A stretch of DNA of 64,000 nt from Phoronis australis. Taxonomy: Eukaryota; Animalia; Phoronida. Shown piece after piece: positions 50,495 through 64,000 of the stretch. Numbering within the stretch: the stretch's first letter is position 1; every line of letters starts with the position of its first letter. The stretch lies in the NCBI GenBank assembly GCA_002633005.1, contig NMRA01000049.1, positions 387,189 to 451,188 of the forward strand. The letters are read 5' to 3'. The notes under the pieces were generated by a model. The model made no database searches and was not told where the DNA came from. It saw only the letters and a program-made list of their open reading frames with translations. The position numbers and the translations under genes are program-made.

Positions 50495-53400
50495 CGTGAA
50501 ATTGCACTCGAGTCCTTTTCTCACACTCTGATGCCCACAGTGACGGTAACAGTTTTGTGGGTGACGTTGGATCCGATCACAATGTACACGTAGTTCATTC
50601 CGTGAAAATAAATCTGTGCACCGCTAATACAAACACATCATTACTTACAAGCCGGGGGTACTCCTGTGGGTGATTTTGTCACGGCCAATTTCTCTACGAA
50701 AGGGTACTGTTTTACGACAAAATTTCGTATAAAAGAGTGTCTTTCTCGATTAACTCCAAGAAGTTTCTCGCACCAACAACGAAAATTTATAAGTGTTATC
50801 AACAATTTTATAACTTTGGCAAAGATAGTTTTCAATAGCATGGCAACTCTTTCGGTAACGTTTCAGCCAACGGACTTTGAAAAAGACTCCTGTCCAAGAA
50901 GCCCTACGATGGAATAGGGTTTGTGATTAACCCCTAGGCCAACAAAAGGCAGTGTTTCTAAAACAAAACATTACGAAAGGGTGACTTTTCTTAGAAGCTC
51001 CCTACGAACAGATTTATTTTCTAGAATCCACTCTATAAAGGGGCGAACATCTTAATATTGCAGCTGAATCTCCTCCCGTCAAAAATCAAAGATATAGTCG
51101 AATACCCCCGGGCTTGCAAGTACCTTACCGGTTTTCATGAACATAATTGAATGCTCTTCATTCGCGAACAGTATTAGACATTGTATTAAATGATAATCAC
51201 TGCTGATGATTTCAAATTGATTAATTAATCTCCAGAGACACAAAACTAACTGTGAACAAGAGATCGTCAATTCCACTTCATAGGTGTTTGTGAGTGATGA
51301 CTTCAAGTAATCTGGTAACAATTCATTCGATGTCATGACTACGTTTCCTTAATTCAGCTGGGATGCAGCCTGGATTAGGTTACGTAGACTACTCATTATC
51401 AATGTTCATCACAATTCTTCAAATTTAAAATTTGGTTTAAAAAAACCTAGCACAGCACTACCATAGAAGTCCTCTGGTGCTGTTATCAGTTTACACGATA
51501 ACAGTTGAGACCCACTGAGTACTTATTGGGAGCATAGTTAGTTAAACAGTCGCGAACTTGATTGTTTTTCAGTTTCACGGTAATTTGAACTTAAATTTGT
51601 GCGTACAAAATTGATTTTAACGCAAAACGTATGTGACGCCTTTTCAGCATGACGACTTATCTCCAAAAAACTGAACTTACTTTGCAAATTCTAAAAGAGA
51701 GCGAATGAAATGCTGCTTTAGTTGATTCATGCCCGAATTTACTTTTTAGAATCTTTTACAGTTATGCGCAAATTTAAACTTTGGAATATTTCAAATAATG
51801 AGTTAGAAATACTTCATTTTGCTTTACAAGAAAAAGTGGTGAATTTCCAGGCCAATCAGAAAGTACTTACGAAATGTTCTTTCGGGCTTGGCTTTCCATT
51901 CCACAAGTCCCTTCTCAACTGTACTGTAGGCCTACTATACATATTTAGCTCCTGCGAGCCTCCATGATAACGAGCATTTTTGGAAGACCCGGAATGATTA
52001 GTTGCAACGCGACTCTATAGTAGGCCCACGTCAACTGAATAAAACAAAAGTAAAAAAGGGAAGTGCCTTGTGAGGGTATATTTTGGATTTGGACATGCAT
52101 AGTTTATAATGGTTGCGATAACATAGATCGCAATATTGCAACTAAAGCTATTCAAAGCAGTCGGTCTTGTACACGTAGTACAAGACGTACGCAGACTACT
52201 CAGGCGGGCCACTTTGCACTGATCACCTGGAACCATTTTGATGCTTTATTAATATATAGTTAAAATCGAGGCGCCAGAGACCTGACTCAAAAATGTAACG
52301 CATGCGCGCACCCCTCCATTTCAGTTGACGAAGTGGGCAAAAAGGTCCGCCTCAGAGAAACAAAATCTCCGAAAGAAGTAGAAAACGAGACTAAAAATGC
52401 AGGCAAACCAAAATTCGGCGAATGCTCAATTCATAGCTCTGAACGTACCTCGTGAATCATAGTAACGCTTAACCTACAAGACCACAGTGCCTCATCCAAT
52501 GAGGCTATATGTTGCACAATACCTGTACTTTGAAAAATTAGCTTATAGTTTCAAAATGTTACAGTAGTTTTTGATGTCCCTTTCGTTACGGTAATTTTGC
52601 ATAACAAACGTAGTTTGATGTCGACAACTTCAGCTGTTGAAAATTTTTCACTTAATCATAAAGATTCAGTGTCTTGACAACGCAGAACCAATTTCTGAAA
52701 CGAGTTTCTTATTTTTTTAGTTTACTGAGTAATCGTCCCGATATGGGGCTACAGGTAAAAAACTTGGAGAGTACAATTCGGCTTAAATCTTGGAAATCGG
52801 CAACTTACGTTTGGTAGTTGCAATTCCCAATGAAACAATAGAGAAAGTGTGTAGGCCTACTATTCACCACGAAATGGATAGATTCCGTTTTTTCGACAAT
52901 AATCCTGTTCAGGTCTGCCTTGCCTCGAATGGTATTCAGTAGTTCCTTGAAGCTGTTTTAAATAAGCGAAGTTCAGAAATTTGGCCTCTGCTTTTATTTT
53001 CCCAGATATATGGAAGTCCCGGCGTTTTCAAAGCACATTCTTGTTCACAATTGGGAATTTTTGGCACGAATCCAGGTACTCTTCAGATAAGTGGAAATTT
53101 GCAAAAACCTGGTTGGTAATGACATGTATTAGTGTGGGCGATAGAATAACGCGTCAGCTTCGTTTAAAACGATTTATTCTTGAAGAGACGGTTATCTGCA
53201 AACGATAAATACAGTTTGTCAAAAAACGAAACCAAACAATGTTCTCAAAACGTTACCCAATAGTCAATACGGCTAGCACACGGGACTCGAACCCGCATAA
53301 GACAAAACCATCACAAAGCAGCCGTTACAGTTCAACAATTAAACACTAGTCGTACAATGTCCAACAGACCTACATGAATAGACTAAACGTAAAGCCTTAA

Positions 53401-54318
53401 CAGAATTAAATGTACTTTCTGGAGTTTTCCCGCGTGGCCAGCTAATAATCTCTCTACAGTGCATCACAACATGTTGAAACCAATATTCGAAATGAGCGCT
53501 GTAAATGACTGCTGAGGCTAAAAACCATCAAAACTGAACTGTGATTGGTTATATTACAGTGGTAGCATCTATTTAGCCAATAAACAATTACCTAGGAGCG
53601 GGGGTAGACAGCAATTACAAACGCCCTAAGGTGTACATACAACGCCTCTAGTGGACATAAAGTTCCTAAACAAAAGACTAATGCTCCTGCATTAACAACA
53701 TGTTTTAACCTGAATTTCTGGATCCATAGTGCACGAACATTTGGATTCTTCTCTCATCTTTCGCTGGGGTAGTCGTGAAATTGTGATTTTAGGTACAAAA
53801 AGGTCAAAGTCGCATTTTTGGGTCATTTTTGGCAATTCATTTTTTCCGGTTGACGTAACTAGGCAAAGAGACATGGCTTTGTTGAATTTCTTCATCTTTT
53901 AGAAACCCCATCCAGTGTGCTTTCAGAAAGTTATGCCCGTGTATCCAGTGGTATGAAACGGGGTGGCAAACAAGGGCTTTTATTGACCTGGACCTGCTAC
54001 TCGAACTGTGCTCTTTGCCCCAAGACATCATCTTGTACTTGAGGAAACAATGAATTCTGTTTTATAATTCATGAAGTCATTCCCGTAATTCAACATTATA
54101 ACCTCACCCGGACCAATCACTTTAGTGACCGCCATTTTGTTGGGATACGCTAAGACCTCGAGCGTTATATTATATTATACTCGCGAAACACTCGCTTTTT
54201 ACTCGCGTGACTTGTGTGTGGTCTTACGTGATCTCGTATGAAACTTGGTTGGTCTAAGAAACGGTAGCAAGGTGTCTCCATTTTTAGTTCATGAGCCCAC
54301 TTCAAATTACGTCAGCAC

Positions 54319-54534
54319 TCAATCAAAAAGCCAATGCACGGAATTTCCGTAGAATCTCCTGGTTGCCTCATCGGACTGGGACTGTTGAATGGAATTAATT
54401 TGTATACGGCACGAGGTCAAGGGGCATGCATGCACACCTACAACTTTTGAAAGTGGTTCCTTTCTTGTCATCAAAATTGTGGATTTGTAAGTAGCGTTGT
54501 AAAACGCCAGATTTCCATATTTTGAAACCGACAT
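54319..54534 (-). mobile_element. Possible decayed THAP-like N-terminus of a DNA transposon gene
   Basis: M....FYNATYK...KE...VHAC.L..C...RR resembles transposon THAP variants; heavily decayed. Confidence 0.25.
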
Positions 54535-55062
54535 TTCGTTTGTGAAGGTCGTGGGTGGGCCTATACTACAGAAGATGATTCGTGTTTCGCGACATCAGCG
54601 ATGTTGGTAGATTGTAAAGATCCAGGAAAAACTTTAGTTGGCAAAACTGTCAAACAGGATCTTGAGCACGTGTGGGAGCAATTAACTTATGACTACTTAG
54701 TGTGTGTCGATCATTACAATAGATGTCGCAACACTCTCCACTAGAAAGGAACACCGCCAGCATCTCAGTGTGAACTTTGAAACCGGCGAAGTCAACACTT
54801 GTCCTGTAGAATTTTTGGTGCATCTGTTGGACATCATAGCCCAGTCCCTTCAGTGGGTGAAAGATCCATGGTGACTAAAATATTGAATTGCAGACCTATG
54901 AGGAACAAAGAAGTTCACTGGGGGTCCAGGATGTCGCGAATACTGTTTATTCTTGGGCGTTTCTGGCAAAAAACAAAACAAAAAACAAAACGGAACACTC
55001 AAAAGTTAGCTTTGTGAAGGCATCTGGTGGTTAAATGTTTATTTTCCCGAAAATCCCATGGG

Positions 55063-55939
55063 CTTAATTTCTTATGGGTATCGTATACCAATGTTGTAAA
55101 ATTACCCGCATGAGTGCGTTTAATAATGTAGGCTCACTTGTGCGCTAGGGCACGCGCACTAGCCCGGTCTCTGTTGACGTCATTACAATTAATTCATCAT
55201 ACACTTATGTAAATTCCGACTACCGAGCATCAGAAAAATTGTCTGAGCATCATGACCCAACTCAGCTGGCTACAGAGGGTGCNGTTGTAGTTTCGTTGTT
55301 TTAAATTTGGCTTCAGCTGAGATATTGAGGCAGGAAGTAGGGCAATTTTCAACATTTTGAAATCACCACGAACTAGCTAAACTGGTAGCCTTCAAAAACG
55401 GTTAAGATGTAACTGAAATCTTGACATTTTCTATGACTGGCAAGTTGAAAGACACCCCAATTCAGTGATAAACTTGAAGTGTTTCATTTTGCACTATTGT
55501 TCTCAAGGTAAGTTCGCAAAAAGTGCCAAAATGTAGCTGTAGCGAGGCTTGGAATTGGCAGAAAAACAACACGTTCCCATAGCAACCACAAGGTGGCGCA
55601 CGCAAAAAAATTAATGTTGGTATGAAGGTTGGGGCATCAACCCCTAACATCATGCAAACAATCGAGGAAATCCGTGACATAGCCTTTATCACTTTTTGCC
55701 TGGTCCATTCGTGGACGTGCTCTTAATTTCTTATGGGTATCGTATACCAATGTTGTAAAATTACCCGCATGCGTTTAATAATGTAGGCTCACTTGTGCGC
55801 TAGGGCACGGTACTACTAGCTCTGTCTCTGTTGACGTCATTACAATTAATTCATCATACACTTATGTAAATTCCGACTATCGAGCATCAGAAAAATTGTC
55901 GGAGCATCATGACCCAACTCAGCTGGCTACAGAAGGTGC
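55063..55939 (+). repeat. ~218 bp direct repeat pair (55063-55282, 55722-55939) beside a single N
   Basis: Near-identical copies; N at 55283 directly follows copy 1. Confidence 0.85.
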
Positions 55940-58482
55940 GGAACTTCTACTTCACTGTACGTGCCGTGGCGACAAGCCGCGCGCCATGATGACTCGGCGT
56001 TGCTTCTTGAGAGTCTTGCACTGAGTGTTTCGTCCTATTGCTAGGCCAAAGACTACTCTGTTTCAGTGGGTCCCTTCTCACCCGGCTGCTGCTAGGGAAA
56101 AATCTTGTGTGAGGTACCCATTGAAATATATTATCGATTAGCCGGATTAGTACTACTCATTGAGTCAACCGATTGATTTGAGGCAAGGAAATGAAAAAAA
56201 AAATACTCTTGTGTACTCTAAACGCGACTCTAATATGCCAAACCATGACCCCCCCTCAGTACAACTATTAACCTCCAGGTTCGCTGCGGCTTCCAAGCGT
56301 GAAACTGACGTAAATTTCTGCAAAATCGCGCCAGAATGGTAGCGCTTGCATCTGCACTAGTTTTATAACGTAATTCTTTTATCCTGCTCACCGTAATGCA
56401 CAAAATCAATAAACGGCCTGGCAACATGTATTCTCCTTTTTCATCTATATTCACCGTACTAAATATTGATTATCAACTGCGAGCGCCCGCATGTTTGTTA
56501 GTAATGGCACACAGGCCTCCTACAAGCTCAATAGCTAGTGGATTAATATTTTACAGTTCGACGCATTAATAGAGCTATTTCGTACTTCGGTGAAGTTTTC
56601 TGGGTTTTTTGTCATTTCTTGTTGTCAGGATAGAAGGTAAGTATTGTGTCCTGTTTCTTCAATGTAAACATACGTTCAGTCACATTTCACCACTTATCAG
56701 TAAAGAACATGTATATTAAGGGAGGGGTGTCGTAATAATATTTTGAAAGGGTTTCACGCCGTGTGTTGGTGGTAGTAATTCAAACGCCATGTCAAATCCT
56801 TCCTTCTTATTTCAAAAGTTATGAGAGCATGCAGTTGACGTTGGCGTTGTATTATGTTGAGTAGCTATCGCTAAAATGCGTATTGGGAAATTTCTGGCAC
56901 TTTACAAAATGCAAGCGTTACGTACGTCCTTCAGCAAAATGAGTGAACAGTCGATAGATGTCGTTAGTAATTTCACATCAATAGATGTCTGGCTTCTAAG
57001 CTCCACAACCTGCGTTCTTGTGAACTATTCGAAAACAAAACCATTTGCTCAGATTTTTTACCACACTCAGCTACGAGTTGACTTGTATGCGTATTTGAAC
57101 ATTTCAAATTTTCTCTCATTTCTCTCATTTTCTATTCTATATTTTTGAGTCAAATATTTATTTACTTGCTGCTCAATATTTTCAGTTGCACATTGCTTTT
57201 TTTGAATAACTTTATGAGAAACGAAAATAAAAGCGCAGCTGCACTGTAAACCGAAACAAATTTTTATGTAAAATTACTTAGTTTTACTAAAAATGACTTA
57301 GGCAAGGAATTGAATCAGCCAGCAGCGGACATGGTAATCAGCACCCGCGTTTATCATCTGGATTAATACTCAATTTACGCTAGCAGATATTGTAAAAACA
57401 TGCTGTTAATATTTTATGTTCAGCTGGTTCATATACTTCGCGGGTTGACCCATCCCTGAATGACCAATAGAGAACCAGGTGGCGGATATGTTCATTGGCC
57501 TGACTCGAAAGCCAATAGAGGCGCTGTATGCGAGACAACATCAACGGCCGAGTACATTGCCCGGTGAGATGATCACATATTGCAGTACTCATGATACGGC
57601 AATTGGAAACATACGAAGAAGATGAGTAGAACGGTGCAGAATCCTGATTGTTTGTAGTTTTATAAATGTCGCCCTAAACGCTGAAGACCGTACCATGCAC
57701 CATGAATGTCATTGAGCTGAGTGGCATTGTTTTTCCGGTAATAGCGATAACCCTTCACGGTATACTGTTCACAGCTCGTTGAACAAGTTGCACTTGATAG
57801 AAATCGATATCTAATTTCACCGGGTTCTCTTCCACACCTCGGAGAATGTAGTCATTATTTTTTATATGCATTAATAATTTTAGTAAATGATGCAAGAATG
57901 TCGCACTCCGGGCCATGCAAATGCTACTTACAGGGACATTACTGTTTTTACGGCCGAAAAATGCAATTTTTGTGTTGTTGTTGGGTAGGGGATAGGCTTT
58001 TGGAAGTTACTAGCTTTGACCACAAGTATAAAGCGATAAAGTCCGCTGTGTGTTTTTTTTCATTACAAATCAGACGTTCGCTGAAATCAAGACTGGTAAC
58101 TATCAGTTAATAATAACAAAGCGATCAATAGCATGAAGAAAAATGATCGAAGAATCATAACAATTCTTTATGTTGCTATGGCAATCTTCATTCATAAAAT
58201 AAAGCGAGCCTGTCTGCTATACAAGTATTTTAATCGGCGTCTGCTTCAAGAAGGTGACTCGATCAAGGCTTTTTAATCCGTCTTTAAGTCAGAAATTTGG
58301 TCTTAAGCTCTGCAAAACTACATCAGATTTAAAAATCTTACTTGAGCAAAAGTGCCAAGTCCCTGAGAATATACATAGAACCGATAATTACTGCGATAAT
58401 TTCTCAGTACTAATTACTTGGATAAACGTTTTACTTGGAAAGTGTGTAGTGGGAGCGTCAAGTCATTTTCATGAGACAGAAT

Positions 58483-58722
58483 GAGGAGGCAGTGCGGTCT
58501 GGTTGACAAGTGCCCGCTTTCTGTACTCGAGGTCGTGGGTTCAAGTCCCACCAGGTCACACTGCTAAACCCTTGAGCCACGTTTCTAGCTCCTCAGCTCG
58601 GTTTTAACCATATATCAATAAAGTATAAAAATATTTCCAGGTGATCAGTGCAAATGGGCCCACATGCGAGGCCTGAGCACGTCTGGTACAACGTGTATCA
58701 GACCGCCTGCAATTATTTTTTT
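58483..58722 (+). mobile_element. tRNA-derived SINE (same family as 10532)
   Basis: Full-length colinear match; B box GGTTCAAGTCC; T-rich tail. Confidence 0.9.
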
Positions 58723-61020
58723 ATTATGTAGTACCCACTCAGTTAGAGAGTGGACTTGAAAAAAGGGAACAAAGAAAAGAATCACTTGAAAAGTCACCCT
58801 CTCGTAGGGTTCTGGTCCAGAAATATCACCCTCCAGTAAAGGTCAGGTCTGTCAACCTAAGTCGTTTGTAGTGTTTTTGTACACCTACACTGCAAGAAGA
58901 CACGCGTGTTATTAGGTAGTTCTTTTGGAACAATGGTTTTCAAAAAATCGATAACATTAAATACCTTTTTCTAGATGGTTGTAGTTAGAGAACGACTCCC
59001 AAAGTGAACCTTTTCTAGGGAATTGAATCTCAAAATGCACCCCTTCCTTGGGAGTCTCGCCACCGTCCTTTCCATAAGTTCATAAAGAAACTGGCCCCGT
59101 ATACCTCATCTATGGGAGTACTGACCCCGCGCATTTGGCGTTCCCCTGCTCTGCATACACTACACAAAAATTCAAAGCGTGAAGGTAATTCGCATTATAG
59201 AATAATGTCCCACCCTGCTGCGCAAAACTATCCCTGTGGTTACGATTGCATAAAAGATGGGTGCCGGAAGTGAGAGGGCAGAGTTTGTGGGCTCTGCCGT
59301 CAGGGCAGGGCCTGTGGGTTCTGGCCTGGTCACACTAAAAATCCCCACGAAGGGATTGAAAATTTGAATGGAACAATACGAGAAAGTGTAAAGTAATTAA
59401 CAACCGTCGTTGATTTTTTCCTTAAAATTCAATTTTGAAAAAAATTGTAAAATCACGTCTACTGACAACATTTGAGTATTTATTGATCAAATATTAGTTC
59501 AAGTTTAGGACGACTTCTGTTGATTTCAATCAGCCATTTTCAGACCTATTGATTTTCAACGTTCTTACCAGTTTTGAACTTCGATTCTCTTTTTAGTCGG
59601 TGGGTTGACTTGCATGAAAGTTTTCACACTTGTTTTATGGCTCAGGGAAGCATGTCTCAGAAACTAGCATTTAAATTTGATGTCGTGTCACCATGAAGTT
59701 TTAAAAGGGAATTGGGCTGCTGTTGTTTGAGAGTAAATAAATATTCCGAGACAAGGTTAGCATTTTGGCGGTTGAATAAACTGTGTTCAAACACGAACTC
59801 AACCGCATGTTATTTTTTGAAAAATTCATGTTCAAAGTACTGAAAAATGACAAATTTCAACAAATGGTGGCCAAAATGATTATATTAAACGATTTTGACG
59901 ATTTTTTAAAAGGTTGCTAAAGGCTAGTGGTCCAACTGTGTTTCAAATGTAGTTTGGAGTGCCCGTTTACCCGACAGATAGCCCACTGCGTTGGTTTGGA
60001 TTCATGCGACGGCACCTCATTCCTCGAACCAGGGGCTAACGGAGTTCACGCCACCCATCTCTACATTCTTGAGTCGCCTAGCGACAAACGAGTAATTAGT
60101 GGTATAACATTAATTAAAAAAACATTACATGTAGGACCTCTTGACTTTATTACTTGTCCCGAATTGCAAGTTGTGCAAGGTCGATCTCCGTCAGTGATTG
60201 CGCGAAAATAAACCTGCGTTCCTTCGAAGAACCTAGTATTTTAATTCAGACCAATCACCCCTGCGAAATGCTCGTTACTCCTGTGAGTTGTGGTTTTTGG
60301 CCATGCAATGAGATGAAAAGGCGTTATCCATCGAGACCATAATCGACGAATAAAATTACACGCTTTGACAAGTCGACTTATAAAGCCTGCGCTCGGGATT
60401 AATTATTTTTGTACAAGAAATTATTATTTTTGACATTTTCCATTCTACATACGAACTCAACATAAGTGTTTATTATTCTATGCTCTAGAACATTGTGGTT
60501 AGTACCTGGATGACTGTGTAATCCCAGTTTTTAGTTGATGACCCCCGCATAAAGCTATACGTCCGGCCGTGAAGTCGAAATCTCGAGATTTTACTCGGAA
60601 TCTCGAGTTTCTACTGGAGTTTACGTAGCTCGAACCTAGGGGTTAACAATAGCGAAATTGGGCTAGGCACTCATCTGCTCAAACCATGATACACTTAAGC
60701 ACAGAACAAATGACACTGGTCTTGAGTTCGTATATGATTACAGCGGAAAGTGTCAAAAAAATTTTCGAGTTCGATTTCAAGTAGATGTAGAAATTTTGGT
60801 CGGACCCTGGGCGCTGGTGTCAAGCAGTAGTGTACGTTAGTTCTTTCCAAGCCCATAAGTCACACTTATTTTACATAAAGGAACCATTTGAGAACAATTT
60901 CACAACGGTAAGNATTTTAAGGGGGGGGGGGGTTCATGGCCCCCCTGGCCCCCTCTAAATCCGCCATTAGTAAGTGCTATAAATAAGACCAAAAATAAAA
61001 GAAAATGTGACTCAAGTTTG

Positions 61021-61147
61021 TGATGTAGGCCAGAAAAGGGTCACATGTACCTGTTATGTCGGGCAAGAGAAAGATCACATGTGCCTCTGATGTTGGCCAG
61101 AAAAGGGTCACATGTGCCTGTGATGTCGGCCAGAAAAGGGTCACATG
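61021..61147 (+). repeat. 32-bp minisatellite, 4 copies
   Basis: tgatgtNggccagaaaagggtcacatgtgcct. Confidence 0.9.
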
Positions 61148-61641
61148 ACGGTGCCTGTGATTTCGTTCTGTGGCTTGCTACCTTGCATTACTGCTTCTTG
61201 TCTCCGACCAGTGGGGAACTAAATATATTAAAAAACATGATCTTCTCTCTATGCGAACAAAACAGACGTCAGACAATTCTACTACTGTAAGGACTGGCTA
61301 TCAATGAATTCTCTCATTCGTTGATTACTCATTTGAAGAACAAAGAACAGTGTATTCCTCTTCTAAGTACTTTGAGTGTGCCGTTGTATTAAATTTAGTT
61401 TGTATTCGGATGAAATCAGCTGCATCAAGAAGATGTTTTTTTAGTTTGCAAAGCTGTGTACACGTCACCTTCCAGGTGGTTCCATAACTACTAGGAGAAT
61501 GAGTCTCCGTAGCTTCATTTTCTAGAATGTGAAAAAATACCAGTCCGTTGCTATCAAAAATATCATCATTGGTTAAAAATCATAATTCATAGCTAAACCA
61601 AAAAAATCGGTGCACTTAGCCTATTGATTTTTCGATATTTC

Positions 61642-61642
<1 letters not shown>

Positions 61643-61715
<73 letters not shown>
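61643..61715. repeat. (TG)n microsatellite
   Basis: Read directly. Confidence 0.98.
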
Positions 61716-61716
<1 letters not shown>

Positions 61717-62151
61717 TTTTTATCACTCGTATTGGTGCTATTTACATTTGATGTCAGTTGCAGTGCAGTGCACATTTTTCCTATTTATAGCTCTGTGTTT
61801 GCCTGTAGTCCATTTCATTGTATTTTTATAACGTAATAAATTACATAAATACCGCGCGTTCCGACGTTAGAAATCCAGGATCATACTGAGGTGAAAGTTC
61901 ATTCGCAGTTCCTAATATCTTCACTGAGAAGACTTACCGCCGGATAGCAAAACTTATCGTGAGCAACCGAGAACGTCCAGCAGCACCGTGAGAAGCAGCG
62001 AAACAGGCGACATCAAACACGTGCACTGTTTTCACTTTCCCTTTTTATAGACTACACAATGAGACAACGTGAATCACACATGGAAAATTTATTTTAAAAA
62101 TAAAATACGGCGCAAAAAAGGGTAACCCACGGACACGATCAAAAAGCGCAG

Positions 62152-62319
62152 TTTACAGAGTGAGAGCGAGAATTTTAAAATCTTTGTTGAATTGCGACAG
62201 GAGATTCGCCTGTGTGATATTTTCGTACCGTCTCTTTTACAGAGTGAGAGCGAGAATTTTAAAATCGTTGTTGAATTGCGACAGGAGATTCGCCTGTGTG
62301 ATATTTTCGTACCGTCTCT
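62152..62319 (+). repeat. 84-bp tandem duplication
   Basis: tttacagagtgagagcgag...ttcgtaccgtctct twice, 1 mismatch. Confidence 0.92.
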
Positions 62320-64000
62320 GAATTGAACTTATTAGGGTGATTGAGAACAGTTAACATAAATTTTTGAAACTTTGTCTCGTGAGCATGAAAGCCGATGTGA
62401 GACACGCCTCCTGAAAACGTGTCACGGCTTTCAGGTCATAAAATCGCGACACGATGACACCCCCACACTAAAATGGAACGTTCCGCCACTCCAAGTCATT
62501 TCTTTTCTGGCAGGACAGTAGCGAGAAGCCACTTGGAATATTGGGGAAAATTTCGCTTTCGTGTGCGTATACAGCATCGCAGTATCGCCCAGCAGCAAGT
62601 GCCTTTCTTAATCGGAGGTCAGTGTGAATATCTTGTTTTGTCAAATACTAAAAGATTAACACCAGCGATAGCTTAGAATCAATGTTGACCTGGGAAGTAC
62701 TGGCTCTTGGTTGCCTTGGCTTAGGACTGGTTGGTCACCATCTGTTAGCGACTGATTTGTGTACGGTAACTGTCGGGTTTCAAAACACAGTGGACAAGTG
62801 GTTATTACTCGTCTTGCATGGTAATCCTATGTGTTTAAGAGCCAGTAAGTGAGGCGATCACTTTGGGAACTGAGTTGCAATTGATTTTTATGGATGCAAA
62901 TTAATACTGCTGTTCACGACTGCAGACACTGGTAGCTCATGGAATCGGTTGTTAAGTGTGCAATGACCGCGTGCAATGACCTTTGCTTACTAACTCGATC
63001 CTTGTGACGTGTTTCAGTGTTTTGGGCTCTAGCTTTGCCAGGTAAAATAAAAATTGAAGTATTATTTTTATCCTACAAAAGTTCCTTTGGAGAGTAATCC
63101 TGGATTGTAGTAGTTCTGGTTAAAATCCTCTTGTTAGGGACAGTGAAAATAAACTATTTTGCTCAAGGTCTGAGCTTGTGCCAAAATTTAGAAATTGGCA
63201 ATATAGTGCCTGTCCTAAATTTTTGAGTTCTGATCTGCGACAAATAATCATTTCACTTCCATACTTCACATAATGGGAATGCATATGCTACTGGGTCAGT
63301 GGATATTTTAGTTGTTGGGTTTTATGAAGTGCCAAGTTTCTGTTGATAGAAAAACAGTGTAGGTACCTTATTTTTGAAATACAACAAATGCCAAAATTAC
63401 CAATATCTCAGTCTTTGGAATCAGGAAAATTCAATTTTGACTTAAAGTTTGGTGTTCCAAATTTTAGAGACTTGCTCAAACTGGAGAATTTTTTGTTCAT
63501 CTACTGAATAGTGACTAGTGTCCATTGAGTAACTGGGTTCTCAGTGACAGATAAAATGCAGGATTTGGCTAAAAAGTATGGTTGATTCCGTTTCTTCTTT
63601 GGAATTCCGAGTCTGTGGTGCCGTATTTTGAGGTACCGGGGCGCTTAAATTTTAAAAAAAGAAAATGCCCCTGTAAAAACTAAAATGATGGGATTAGTTT
63701 TTTGATCATCACTTGGCAAATCATGGCATTGAAAGCTTGCTTTCATGCCCTTATGCAGCTTTTAAAAAAACTTGACTGAAGTGGACTTGGGGAGGGAGAT
63801 GCGTTTTTTAGTTGGTGAGCACAGGTCTCAAACTGAGCAGGGGTGCAGACCAGGAACATATGTCGGTCGAATGACGGGCTACACCAGAGAGCAGTGGTGG
63901 CATAATGATTGGATAGCAAAGTTATGCGCCAACAATTGAGAAACCACTATTAAGTTCAATTCCAATGTTCCATAACTGTTGTGAGTAATTCCGCATTATG

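Noticed and set aside
55063-55939. LTR pair or TRIM
   Set aside because: No TG..CA ends, PBS or TSD; copy 1 ends exactly at an N, consistent with a haplotype or contig-join artefact.

Overview
AT-rich, intron- and repeat-rich metazoan genomic DNA; the gene content suggests an invertebrate, possibly a mollusc (inference). Not prokaryotic. Genes: (1) the 5' part of a minus-strand multi-exon gene (ATG at 20429, ten phase-compatible exons down to 1058, continuing beyond the left edge) encoding a signal peptide, an unnamed Cys-containing domain and at least 5 fibronectin type III domains, as in R3 receptor tyrosine phosphatase ectodomains; (2) a three-exon plus-strand secreted PAN/apple + fibrinogen-related protein (29238-40904); (3) an orphan ORF with 14-15 aa repeats that runs into an assembly gap; (4) an intronless orphan class A GPCR. 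Mobile DNA includes an L1/Tx1 LINE fragment, a decayed Sola-like transposase, hAT fragments, two tRNA-derived SINEs, several MITEs and a Penelope-like remnant whose inverted pseudo-LTRs carry hammerhead ribozymes. The most striking structure is a 3.3 kb intronic tandem array with a trimeric higher-order repeat, in which about 23 co-oriented CTCF-consensus-like motifs (CCACYAGRKGGCRC) are the best-conserved part of each ~140 bp unit. All calls were made by eye, with no database searches.
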